Of a DNA stretch of 64,000 nucleotides, positions 49,408-61,352 are shown piece after piece. The first letter of the stretch is position 1; every line of letters begins with the position of its first letter. Origin of the DNA: Guillardia theta CCMP2712 (Eukaryota > Protista > Cryptophyta); NCBI RefSeq assembly GCF_000315625.1, contig NW_005434594.1, positions 242,482 through 306,481 on the forward strand. Direction: 5' to 3'. The translations under genes and the position numbers were made by a program. The notes under the pieces are model-generated. The model was not told the DNA's origin and did not search any database. It saw only the letters and a program-made list of their open reading frames with translations.

Positions 49408-52237
49408 ATGTCTGCAGGAATAGGATTATTCCTAACAAAAAATGTGATGGGTAAGCTTCAGGCTGGAATGCATTCAATCATATGAGTTGCGTCTCGTTCT
49501 CAGGGCAGTACACAGTCACGAAAATCACACCGGGAGGGCCAGCAGCAAGGTCGACATTGTTAACATTTCCAAGTTGTGACTTTGTTGAGAGTAGAGCAAG
49601 AAGCGTGTCCATTGGAGACATTCTTATGCAAGTGAACGGAAGAAGGCTTGACGGGTTGGGGCTGGATATGGTGAGGTCGCTCATTCTGGGGCAACCTGGG
49701 ACGCCATGTGAGCTGATGCTTCGAAGACTTCAGAACGGAAGGCAAGAGATCCTGACACGTCTGCTCCTCTGAAAGCAATCTGCAGGAGTGCTGTGTTCGT
49801 CACGTCCATCCTGAGAGGAGGTGGCTCCAGGGAAGTCTCTCCTCGTGTGAACAACCAGGCTCAAACTCCCCGCGAGCAAGTGAACATGGGGTATGAACCT
49901 GTTGCTGTGAACTCGGCCCCGAACTTGAATGGGTTTGGTGAGCATCAGTGGTGAGGAAGGCATCTTGCAGTCATCTCAAGAGTGCTGAGTATTCACATGC
50001 AGGAATTCCATCACTCCCATGACAGCAAATCAGCCTCCTCAAGCCCACACTGAAGGGGAGATGACACACTTGCATGTCGAGACTGGGCAAGAGGAAATGA
50101 TGAAGATACAACCACAACATTTGTTCGCTGGTGCTCCCGAGAATCGCAGCCCTAATCAGGACAAGTACATCCATTCCTATGATCCTTATGTCATTTCCTG
50201 AGATTCAAACAGCCAATTTTTCCCAAACGTGAAGAAGTCGCCCCCTAATCCAATCTGTAAGTTCTTGTCAATGTTTGACGCCTCGTTTTGATTGAGTTTT
50301 TGTTTCGCTCGCAGACTCCAATCTCAACAGAGGAGCAGCATCCTCTCCAAATCCGATGAACTCCCTCCCTCAAGGTAATCTGATGATGCACAAGACCCTT
50401 CTATCGCAGTGCCGTGTAAAGATTTGTTACCAGCTCCTCCACAAAAAGCTGGACTGGGCATGACATTGAGAAATGATATGCGAGGGGATCTCCGCATAAC
50501 AGATATCGTGCGTACCATGTCTTCGTGAGTTTTTGTCTTTACCGAATTCCTGGTCAGGCACCCAACGGCCCCGCTGACAATGCAAAGAAGTTCAAGAGAA
50601 TGGACATCATCACAACAATCAATGGAAGAAACGTCAGGGGGATGTCAGTGGTTCAAGCACGCGACCTGATCATGGGGCCGGTCGGAAGCAGTGTGATCAT
50701 CGGGATACTAAGAGAATTTCCTGGTCAGCACCGGCAGGGGACGGCACCGGGGCAGTTCCTTGAAGTTCCAGTCACAAGATCATTGCAGAACGTCCCAGCA
50801 TCGAGAGACAATGCCTCTAATCCGAAATTGAACAGACAACCAATGCCTCCTGCGCCACAAAACATGAACAGCACACCGTCTTTCCCGAGCGGTACTCCCC
50901 CTACCAACATGGCGCAAACTGCCGAATCTTCTCCCGACGAGCAAAGCAGGATGAAGAGGGCGAATCCTTCAATCAATGCACAGCAATTCAGACCTCAGGT
51001 CAACGAGGCTATGTGCGGCATTGGTGTCTTTATCGAAAGAACCTCCAATGGTCTACTTACAATCAAACAAATCTCCCCTGATGGCCCGGCCAGCAGGACG
51101 GCGGAGTTGCATGCCGGAGATTTCTTAGTCGCCATCAACGGGCACACGACATTGGGGATGCCGATGCAACAGGTGAGGAGCTTGATAGTCGGTAGGCGGG
51201 GGACTACCGTATCATTGTCTCTCCGCCGTTTGCTTCGAGACCGAAGAGCAGGGGACAGCTTAAGTCCCATCTATGAAGTCATGGTCCAAAGAGAACCCCC
51301 CGCTGGTGGAACAGCACCCCCAGCAGACTTGACAGTCACTCCCAAGCCAGACGCCTCACCCTTCAGCGGTATGATGACACCAGACACACAATCAAGTGCG
51401 ACCAACGGGCTCTCAAGCGCGCGTTCCATGCCATCAACGGCTCGCTCGTACCCTCCTGGCCCTCACCCCTACACGCCCACATTCAACTACTTGGAGCAGC
51501 CGATAGCTCCAGTTCCTGAGGTCGGGGGTTTTGGTGAGGAGCTTCTCCTTGTGACGCCGGTTGCTTCCAGGGGATGGCAAACGAGTGCGGGGTTGGGCTG
51601 AAGCTCATCGAATTCGATGGGGCGATCATCATTCAAAGGGTCTTCCCGGAAGGTCCTGCTGGAAGGTGAGTTGGGCCTCACGTCCCCCTCGGGCACGGTT
51701 GATGTCCGGGATGGTTGATACTGGAGCTGACTTGACAACATGCTCACCCCTTCGTTTGCAGAAGTGGATTGGTCATGAAGGGCGATCTTCTGCACAGAGT
51801 CGATTATCAAACCCTTGCGGAGCTGACTATCGAGCAGATCAGACCTCTCCTGAAGGTACCCTTCCCTTCTAGCTCATTGTCCTTGCTGGTTACTTGCTGG
51901 ACCAGGGCCCATACATGTCATCAGTGGTCCTTGGGCTGATCAAACCCAAGTATCGACTGCGAGTCAACGTCCGACTGCAACGAGAGTTCATCGCCGACGA
52001 GTTCGAGGTGAGCGCTGGCATGGTCGAGAGTAGAGCATGACCGAGAGCTTCCAGGCCAAGGATATCCCTGCCTTGCCACGATCGCAGGATCTGGATCTTG
52101 ACGGCAATGATCCAGGAGGCAAGGAGCAGAAATCATCGACGCCCAGTTCGACCCCCTTATATTCTTTAACGACCCCCGTGCCAGTCTTGAGGGAAAAGTT
52201 CATCCCCCGAGGAACAGGACCAGACGTTGTCCTGTAA
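49408..52237 (+). CDS. Multi-PDZ (about 4) scaffold protein, multi-exon
   Basis: GIGLFL / GLGMTL / GIGVFI / GVGLKL carboxylate-binding loops, each followed by GPA...GD.L..IxG motifs. Confidence 0.85.
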
Positions 52238-52434
52238 TCTTCTCTTCCAACACAACACACACTTGTATATAGAGCCCTTCCCTGACCTATTTTTTCTCTC
52301 CTTCACGTCGAATAACACTAAGAGCGAATAGAAAGCGCAGTAAATACAGCCACCCCTGATATATTCTCTCCTCTCCTCCACGTCAACCATGTTACAAGGA
52401 GCTGGCAGGAAGCATCTCCTCAACCGGGGCCACT

Positions 52435-52692
52435 CTAGTTTCCCGGCGAGAGGTAAGTGTTTTCATCCATGTAATTCTTCATGGTGTGAGTCTTGATGCC
52501 GGAGCTCCATATGTACAGCAGGATGAGAGCCAAGCACGAGCACACGAAGGCGACAAGGAAGGCACCAAGGACCACGTGCCGATGTGTTGAAGAGTCCTTC
52601 CTGTTTGCAAACATGGTCAGCACCACTGCACACTTGTAACAAGGTAACGTGAAGATACTTGCTCTCTGTCTGCTCAAAGCGCAACAGGCCAT
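52435..52692 (-). CDS. Small single-pass membrane protein
   Basis: TM segment VVLGAFLVAFVCSCLALILLYIW in ORF 52435..52743; a short intron is probable. Confidence 0.45.
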   Translation of the reverse strand: MACCALSRQRASIFTLPCYKCAVVLTMFANRKDSSTHRHVVLGAFLVAFVCSCLALILLYIWSSGIKTHTMKNYMDENTYLSPGN

Positions 52693-53110
52693 CTCTTTCA
52701 GTCGGCATGCTGTCGGTTCAAATGCTCTGAGAAAGCATCGCAATGTGCCTGTGAACAGCGCTCCACTTTCCTGATTGACACGGAAAAGTCGTCAAAAACA
52801 ACAACAATCAGTGTCTTCAAGTGCTTGTTCTGAATCTCTCTTCCTGCTTCACAGTCTTCTCTCTTCCTTCATCTTCTTTCAACTTCATGCATGTTTCTTC
52901 CTCCTCCCGCTTCCTCTCCAGGCCCCCGCTCCCTACTTCCCCCTCTGAGCTCGCTGCATGTTTCCTGCTGTTCCCCTCCTGCTCTCTCTCTCTCTGTTTT
53001 CAATTATGCCCCTGGCTCCTCTACCTTGCAGTTTTCTTAATTGAGCCTATAAGTAAACAATTGATACAGCAGAGGCGCCTGTACACGACCCGGTGCGAAC
53101 GTGACCAGCC

Positions 53111-53452
53111 ATGTCGGATGGGACGGAGGACGCCTCGGAAAGCGCCAAGGTGAGGGCGCTGTCTGAATGCGAAGAGCAGCACAAGAAGCTGTTGAGCTGC
53201 CTCAAGGGAGAGCATGCCCTGACAAGCTGGTCGAGTTGGACTTTCTGCACGCAGGAATCTGGGGAGTTCTGGCGGTGCTACGAGCAGTCCAGGGGGATCA
53301 AGATGACAGAGCAACCGATGGCGATATGGAGGCAGACGATGCAGAAGATGGGGATGCCTTCGACTCTGGCTGGAGAGAAGGTGCAGCTGTCTGGTGCTGA
53401 TGAGCAGCACAAGGACTCTAAGCAGGAGGGAGGAGGGGGGGCTTCTAGTTGA
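53111..53452 (+). CDS. Twin CX9C protein, mitochondrial intermembrane-space (Mia40 substrate) type
   Basis: CEEQHKKLLSC and CTQESGEFWRC in a 113-aa ORF. Confidence 0.7.
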   Translation: MSDGTEDASESAKVRALSECEEQHKKLLSCLKGEHALTSWSSWTFCTQESGEFWRCYEQSRGIKMTEQPMAIWRQTMQKMGMPSTLAGEKVQLSGADEQHKDSKQEGGGGASS

Positions 53453-53559
53453 GGAGGATGTGCTAAGGGAGGGTGCGGCAGGTGTTTAATCTCAGGTTGC
53501 ATGTGGTGCAAGACTGGTGGATGCTTGTGAATGAATGTTTTGATCTTGATCTCATATGA

Positions 53560-55274
53560 AGGATGTTTGCATCATGGCAGGAAAAGACTTGCGTTTATGA
53601 GTCGCTCGTGACGACCATGCACCTGAGAAGAGCTGCTTGATGTGTGCGAGAACTGTCAGAGCTGAAAGGACCTTACAACCTTACAGTTCTTGGCTTTGAT
53701 TTTGATCATACGTTCGAAACCAACGACATAATGCACATGAGTTGCATTCAGGTCCTTGGAGCTTTAGACTACGTTGTTGATCATACATGCACGAAGAACT
53801 CGTGTAAGAGAAAGAGAGATGCACGATTTTCTATTTACACCCACAACAACACAACATGATTCAACAACACAACATAAAGACGGAAAAGAACTGAACTGCT
53901 TACAATCAGAAATAAGACTAGGTGCAGGGGCCGAGACGTAAAGATCATTCAAAACTTCTGCTCCCATCTCCTGAGGATCAAAACTTAAATTGGCACATGC
54001 TTCCATGCGTTGCTCCTGGGTAGCCTCCTTGCTTCACTCAAGTTTTGTAGTTACCATGTGATGTTGGACCTCGACGGTACACATGACATTGATATCCTTG
54101 TTCCTGGTCTTGCCATCCAGAAGAGAGTCCTTCCTGATCTGTGCTCTTCAGTGTCTCTACAGCGTAAGATAACGCATGATAGACGGCCGTCCATCGTAGC
54201 ATATCGGTGAGCATCGAGTCCAATCTGATTAGAGTGTTGGAACGGATGATTGGTCCTTGGCAGCAGCCTGACTCATCACAGGCTCAGCTTCGGTGGTTGC
54301 CAGTAACTGGCAGTCAAGATTGAAACCGACCAGGCGATCGCGGGCCCGGCAGGTAACTCGACTGTCCCACTGTTCCATGACTTCTCAACTTCAAGACGAG
54401 CAATGTAAACGTTGTGCAATGCTGCGGAGATACTTCTGCGCTCTTGTAGCAGTTTCTGAATGGGGCGATGAACACTACCCCCTGTGTCCCTCCTGGAGCC
54501 CTTTGCTACGATGGCGCGGAAAGGTTTAGAATTGATCAGACATTTGTATCCGGCATTTCCAACAGCAGAGCACGACGTGCTATGGCATAGAGTACTATTC
54601 TCGACATCGATGGTAAACTTATCCTTCTTGTTCATCTGGCCCCTCTTCACGATGACAGTATCCTTTAGACATCACAACGTGAAAGACGATCACGGAGAAG
54701 AGAACAATGATGCTTACGGGCATGTAGAACATGTGCAGCTCATGATATGACCTTTCTCGCCATGCAAGTGTTTAGACGAGGAATCTTTTATTTGTTTGTT
54801 GTAATGCTTCAGGCATCTTGTACATTGTTGTCGTGTGAAGAAGTGCATTCCCTACAACATCTTGACATGGTCATCTGGAAGTTCTTTGTTATATGATTCT
54901 GAACTATCTGATATGAATCCCACTCTTCTTCAGAACGCCAGAAGCAGGAAGGCTCGTTCTCCATTGGAATGGTGATTGGGCTTGCATGACTCTCATATCC
55001 TTTCTCACATCTGTCCGCTCTCTGAACGAGGCCAGGTAGTGAAGTTTCAGACCCTGGAGGATCGTTGGAAAGGGAGTAGAGTTTCCGGACCCTCTGGAAC
55101 GATGACAATTCGTCAGGTGGTGCTATCCCCCAAAAGACCGCATCCTCTGGAACGATGACAATTCGTCAGGTGGTGCTATCCCCCAAAAGACCGCATCCTC
55201 TGGAACGATGACAATTCGTCAGGTGGTGCTATCCCCAAAAGACCGCATCCTCGCTCAACAAGCTCTGTCGCCAT
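53560..55274 (-). CDS. Multi-exon hypothetical protein with a TM segment
   Basis: ATG at 55274 and a hydrophobic exon (MPVSIIVLFSVIVFHVVM). Exon structure unresolved. Confidence 0.3.
55091..55248. repeat. 53-bp tandem repeat, 3 copies (53/53/52 nt)
   Basis: CCTCTGGAACGATGACAATTCGTCAGGTGGTGCTATCCCC(C)AAAAGACCGCAT at 55091, 55144 and 55197. Confidence 0.95.
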
Positions 55275-55361
55275 ATCGTCGGGCGTGTCGAGCAGATCCC
55301 GTTTTAAAACTGTTTTAAAGTATAGTAAACATTTTACAGTATCGTGACCTGCGAGATCGGC

Positions 55362-57139
55362 ATGGGACCTCCTTCCATGGCTGCAGCGGCGCTGCTAGCG
55401 GGGAGGAGAGTATGCGCGTTGATAGGAGCCGGTCTGAGCGTGTCCTCGGGTATCCCCGACTTCAGATCACCAGGAGGGATGTACGACACGCTGAGACCCG
55501 AGCTCTTGACAGCCTCAGAGTTGGAGAGGAGGGCGATGCGGGCGGATCCGACGGCTGTAGTGAGCTGGGAGATCTTCTCAAGGAACCAGTTGCCGTACCT
55601 GGAGCTGAGAAGACCGTTCATGCTGGGTGTGCTGGACAAAGAGGAGAAAGGGAAAGACACGTACAAACCCACGCTGGGGCATTTTTTCTTTAGGGTGTGT
55701 CATGACAAAGGGCTATTGAAGAGGCTCTACACGCAGAACATAGACGGGCTTGATTACAAGACAGGCATCCCGAATGACAAGATCATCTCCGTGCATGGAT
55801 CTTTGGGGAGGGTTGAGTGTGAAGGTTGTAAGACTCCTTACCCTTCGGAGAAGTTTTGCTCGGAAGTGCGAGAAAAGATCAAGGACATATACAACATCGA
55901 CGAGCATGCGCCAAAAGAGTCCAGGCCGATCGAATGCTTGAGTTGCGGGAAGCCTCTTGTCAAGCCAGCTACTGTGCTCTACGGTCGAAACCTTCCTCCG
56001 GAGTTCTGGGAAAGGAAAGACGAGGATATGCAGGACCTCGATGTCTTGATTGTAGCAGGAACCAGTCTTGCGGTAAGTGGAGGAAGAGACAAACCTGCTC
56101 GAATCCTCTGATTGAAGACTGTGCGCGAGCAGGTACAGCCAGCTGCATCGTTGGTGACGTTGACGAATAAGGTATCTCTTGCACGCATTTCTCCTTCCCC
56201 TGACATGCTGACCTTCACAGAGATCTGCTCGTATCGTAGTGAACAAAGAGGAGGTAGAACGGAACTTTCCTGTGTAGTGCAAGGAGGAGGAGGAGGAGGA
56301 GGAGGAGGAGGAGGAGGAGGAGGAGGAGGAGGAGGAGGTGGGGAGGAGGAGTGGGGAGGAGGAGGTANNNNNNNNNNNNNNNNNNNNNNNNNNNNNNNNN
56401 NNNNNNNNNNNNNNNNNNNNNNNNNNNNNNNNNNNNNNNNNNNNNNNNNNNNNNNNNNNNNNNNNNNNNNNNNNNNNNNNNNNNNNNNNNNNNNNNNNNN
56501 NNNNNNNNNNNNNNNNNNNNNNNNNNNNNNNNNNNNNNNNNNNNNNNNNNNNNNNNNNNNNNNNNNNNNNNNNNNNNNNNNNNNNNNNNNNNNNNNNNNN
56601 NNNNNNNNNNNNNNNNNNNNNNNNNNNNNNNNNNNNNNNNNNNNNNNNNNNNNNNNNNNNNNNNNNNNNNNNNNNNNNNNNNNNNNNNNNNNNNNNNNNN
56701 NNNNNNNNNNNNNNNNNNNNNNNNNNNNNNNNNNNNNNNNNNNNNNNNNNNNNNNNNNNNNNNNNNNNNNNNNNNNNNNNNNNNNNNNNNNNNNNNNNNN
56801 NNNNNNNNNNNGGTTGGGAGAGCCCTGGGACTGAACTACGAAAAGAATGACAGAGACTTCTTCCTTCAAGAAGAGACTGACAGAGTCTTTCTCGTGAGTG
56901 CGAATTCACTGTCAGTCATCCCGCCTCCTCCTCCCAAAGCCTCCTCCTCCTCCTCCTCCTCCTCCTCCTCCTCCTCCTCCTTCTCCTTCTCCTCCTTCTC
57001 CTCCTCCTCCCTCCCAGGCGCACTTACGATGATCGCAAACGCGCAGGATCTGGCGGATCAGTTGAATTGGAAGGAGGACCTCAAGAAGTACGCCAACCTC
57101 ATGGCAGATTCCAGTGCTGCTCTTCTGTTGAGTTCTTGA
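55362..57139 (+). CDS. SIR2: NAD-dependent deacylase, sirtuin class I (SIRT2-like)
   Basis: GAGLSVSSGIPDFRSPGG, YTQNIDGL, VHGS, CxxC..CxxC, VKP, VAGTSL(A)VQPAASL. C-terminal exons flank the gap. Confidence 0.93.
56368..56811. other. Assembly gap (444 N)
   Basis: Run of N inside a (GGA)n intron. Confidence 0.99.
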
Positions 57140-57199
57140 CCGTCACTTGAACCCTCCCTGTTCAAGTCTTCCACCCCTCTGTGATCGGATCGTACCCAG

Positions 57200-57950
57200 T
57201 GTCGGGGCCTCGGAGCGGCCGGGCCAATGAATGTACTCTACTGATTGTACTCTAAGGCTGATTATCCGATAGTATCAATCATTCGATGCGGCGATGCCAT
57301 CATCATCACGGCGGCTGCATGACTCCCAGGCTGGACATTCGCGAGAGCCATCCGAATGCCGGTCACCGGGTTTTGCCAGGGCGGCCGCACTGCACACTAG
57401 CTGACTGAGCCGGCGGCACTCAGTGACTGGCCTGAGCCGCGCCCCGGCGGCGCACGGTGCCGCGCTGCTGCACCGTGACAGGCCGCGCTGCCTGGCTCCG
57501 AGTGCCGTTCACACGTGACTCGGCGGTGGCACTGGGCAACTTCCTGGCAAGACGGCGGCGCCCGGGCCGCGGCCCGGCGGCCCTGAGCGGCCGCCGGGCC
57601 GCCCTGGCAGTGGGCCGGCCCGGCCCGGGGTCCCGGGCCCCCGGCGGCCGGGCGCGGCGCACCCGCCGGGCCGGCGACCGTAGGCTCGTGACTCGGACGG
57701 TGCGGCCCGGCCAGTACGCCGACTCGCCGTTGGAGCCCGGGCCGGGCGGCCAGTCCGAGGCACTGCCAGTCCGAGGCACTGAGTCACTCGACAGTCCGTC
57801 CGATCCGGGTTCCGGCGGCCCCCGACGGTCCCGTCAGGTCAAAGTTTCGAACTCGGAACGGGAATTTCCCGAACAAAGTTGGGGAACTTTCACGAGCAAA
57901 AGTTTTAAAAGTTCAGACTTAGTAGAGGGGCCGCGGGCGGCCATGGCGGG
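57200..57950. promoter_or_regulatory. CCGG/GCGGC-rich intergenic island upstream of DGD1
   Basis: Dense CCGG/GGCC/CTGAG words; overlapping ORFs are Arg/Pro/Gly artefacts. Confidence 0.5.
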
Positions 57951-58317
57951 AACGAGTCACGAGACAGGGAAAGGGAGAGGAAGGAGAGGCAGGGAGGAGA
58001 AGAGGATGCTAGCAGATGATGATGCTTCAAGATAGAGCCAGTGAATGAGCCAACGATACCTTGATCCACGATATCATTGGTTTGCAAAACTGAGCGAATA
58101 AGGGCAGTGGAGGTTGGGATAGACTGTGAGATCGAACCCTGTTCCCTGCCGAGCATTGCTCTTGAACTTTCCAGGGGACACGAGTATTCACCAACCTTTC
58201 AACCGTCTCCATCCTCTCCCATCCTACCTGGTTGTAATCTTTTCCTTCTCTTGGCCGGGGATTCCAAGAGGCCCCGGCAGACGCATTTTTCACATCGACA
58301 CCGAGCCGTCGTTGGTC

Positions 58318-58772
58318 ATGGTCTCGAAACACGTAAGACAGTTCGCAGCTTCATCTTTCCTCCTCTTCTTGTTGCTTCTCAGTTTCCATGTTGATCTAAG
58401 TGCGGCTATCAAGCCGCTGGAGCCATCTTCTGTACCCACCTTCGCCGAGCTCTCGGATCTGAGGGGGAGAAGTCGATACATCGCTGTCTTCACAACTGCG
58501 AGCATGCCATGGATGACAGGAACGGCGATCAACCCGCTCCTACGAGCCGTCTACTTGGAGATGAGGAAGGAGCAGCACTCAGTCACTCTCTGTCTCCCCT
58601 GGGTCTCTCTCGAGCAGCAGCCCTATATCTTCGGCAACTTGAGGTTCAAGAGCCCGTCCGAGCAGGCGGAATGGATCAGGTGAAACTCCTTCCTCCTCCT
58701 GCATTTGTGCGCTCCTGACCTCCTCGTCCTCCTCGTCCTCCCCGTCCTCCCCGTCCGCTTCCCCGTCCTCGT

Positions 58773-58815
<43 letters not shown>

Positions 58816-59746
58816 CCTGTGTTGCTTACCTGCTGCTGCAGAGATTGGGTCAAGAAGAACCTGGGAAGGCCAACTTCCATCAAGCTTGTCTTCTACGAGG
58901 GCCACTACGTGCCCATCTACGGCAGCATCTTCGCCTTAGGAGACATCACAGAGATCATACCTGAGAGCGAGCGAGACGTTGTTATCCTGGAGGAGCCGGA
59001 GCACCTTACGTGGTACCACATGGGCAACGACTGGACCAAGGTGTTCAACTTCGTGGTTGGGGTTGTACATACCAACTACATCAACTACGCTATCAACGAC
59101 CACCAGGTCCCTCCTCCGTTGAGGCTGGCAAGGGCCGCTGTGCTCGGGCTGGCCACAGCCATGTGCACGCGCGCGTATTGCCATCGGATCATCAAACTGT
59201 CAGACGCCGTGCAGAAGTTCCCTCACTCCATCACATGCAACATCCACGGGGTGAGGAGCAACTTCATCGACATCGGAGTGAGCAAGATGAGCCCGTCCAT
59301 CTTCGGCTCGTCAAGATTCTCCAAGGGAGCGTACTTTATCGGCAAGATGCTCTGGTCCAAAGGGTACCGCCAGCTGTTCGTGAACCTCAAGGAGTACAGG
59401 AGGAAGACCGGGGAGAACCTGCACGTTGACATCTTCGGCAGCGGGCCGGACGAGGAGCTGATCAAGAAGGAAGTGAAGCAGGAGGGGCTCGACTGGACTT
59501 TCCATGGCGCTTGCGATCATGCCAACAGTCGCATCCATGACTTCAAGGTCATGATCAACCCAAGCCTGAGCGACGTCGTCTGCACGACCACGGCCGAGGC
59601 GCTTGCGATGGGGAAGTTTGTGGTGTGTGCCGACCATCCTTCCAACGAATTCTTCAAGACTTTCCGCAACTGGTGCGTGAGTGGGAGAGATGCTTGGGCT
59701 GGTGGAGAAGGTTATTGAAGAAGGAGATGTTGAAGAAGGAAAGAGG

Positions 59747-59789
<43 letters not shown>

Positions 59790-61120
59790 GAGGAGGAGGA
59801 GGAGGAGGAGGAGGAGGAGGAGGAGCTGGTTGTGGTTGAGGAGGAGCAGGAGCAGGAGCGGGAGCAGGAGCAGGAGCAGGAGCTGGTGGTGGTTGAGGAG
59901 GAGGAGGAGGAGAAGGGGTTGCTGGTACCGGTGCTGGAGGAGAGGAAGGATTGAGAAGGTTCTTCTGCTGTGGCTGTCTGGTTACTCCCTTTCTCCCCAG
60001 CTTTGTTTACAGCACCGCCAAGGAATTCAAGCTCTGCATTCAGCACGCCATGGCAGCGGGTGAGCCGATCTCTTGAGGAGAGGACAAGAGGCAGACAGGA
60101 GGACGAGGAGTGGTTAGGGAGGGAGAGGAGGAGAGGGGAGGGAAAGGGAAGGGAGGAGAGGAAAGGCGAGGAAAGGAGAGGACAGGGGGGAGCGATAAGG
60201 GGAGATAAGGGAGGAATGAGACTGGAATTTAGGGGAGACTGGTACGGGAGGGATAGAGGAGGAGAGGGTTGAGTTTGATCAAGACTACTTCTGCTCTCCT
60301 CCGCTCATTTCCACTGCAGACCCAGCCCCGCTCACCGAGAACGACAGATATCGGCTATCATGGGAGGCAGCAACAGGTACTTGGCTGAACTCCCTCCTGC
60401 CTCCTTCCCCCTCCCATCCCCCCTCCTATTCAATCTCCCCTTCTGCTTCTACAACCGCTTCCCAACTCTGCTCGCCTCTCTCCTCCTCTCTTATTCTCCT
60501 CTCTTATTCTCCTCTCCTCCCCTCCCCACGTTCACTTCCCTCCTCCCTCCCCTTATGTCCCTCACCTTCACACCACAGAGCGTCTCTACGACGCAGCCTA
60601 CACAGGGAGCAGGAGGAGCAGGAAGCTCAAGGTCGGGCGGGGAGGAAGAGGAGGGGAGGAGGAGCTGACACTGCTCTAGTTCGACCGGATCCTTGCGAGG
60701 ACCCACAAGAAGATGGCGTCATGGGACATCATGCGCAACTGGCTGCCTGCCTCTTCCTCCGAGCCAGGAAAGCCCCTTGGGTAAGGCCTCGACCCCACAT
60801 CCTCTCGTACCTCCCCCCGCTCCTCGCTCCTCTGCTCCGCTCTCCTTCCTTCCTCTTCCTTATCCTCTCACTTCTCCCCCTTCCTCTTGCTTCTCCCTCC
60901 CTCCTCCCTCCTCCCTCCTCCCTCCTCCCTCCTCCCCCTCCCCCCTCCTTTTGATCTTTTCCTTTCACCTTTCTTCTCCTGTCTACAAGGAGCCTCTCAC
61001 AGACTGCTTCTCAGGCAGAAGTGGGAGTTTGGTAGGACAGGCAACGTCAAGGGCAGGATTCTTCTCGGCAGCTCGTTCCTCGCTGTTGCCCTCCTCTCTT
61101 TCTTCAATAAGGAGAGTTGA
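58318..61120 (+). CDS. DGD1: Digalactosyldiacylglycerol synthase (GT4), multi-exon, with N-terminal signal peptide
   Basis: AVFTTASMPWMTGTAINPLLRAVYL, LEEPEHLTWYH, VHTNY, YCHRIIKLS, NIHGV, YFIGKMLWSKGY, NPSLSDVVCTTTAEALAMGK, LSWEAAT. Confidence 0.93.
59746..59788. repeat. (GATA)n microsatellite in a DGD1 intron
   Basis: Direct reading; followed by (GGA)n. Confidence 0.95.
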
Positions 61121-61352
61121 AAATCTCCTTCCCCTTCCCCTCCTCCTCCTCCTCCCCCCTCCCCCCCCCTCGCCCCTTCAAGTTCACCTGTAGCTGCTCC
61201 TACGTATTGTTTTATTCGTTCTGGCAAAGAGAAACAGTTCCAAATCTTCCTCCCCCCTCCCCAACTCCTCTGCATCCTTCCCTTCCCCCTCTCCCTCTCT
61301 CCCTCGTCCCCCTCCCTCCCTCCCTCCCTGGTTCCCCCCCTCCTGATCTCCC

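Noticed and set aside
55091-55248. CRISPR-like array
   Set aside because: Head-to-tail identical units with no unique spacers, no cas genes, eukaryotic context.
57420-58035. Arg/Pro/Gly-rich ORFs in CCGG islands (also 11460-12294, 24876-25400, 42185-43007)
   Set aside because: Stop-poor GC-rich sequence open in several frames with no domain signal.
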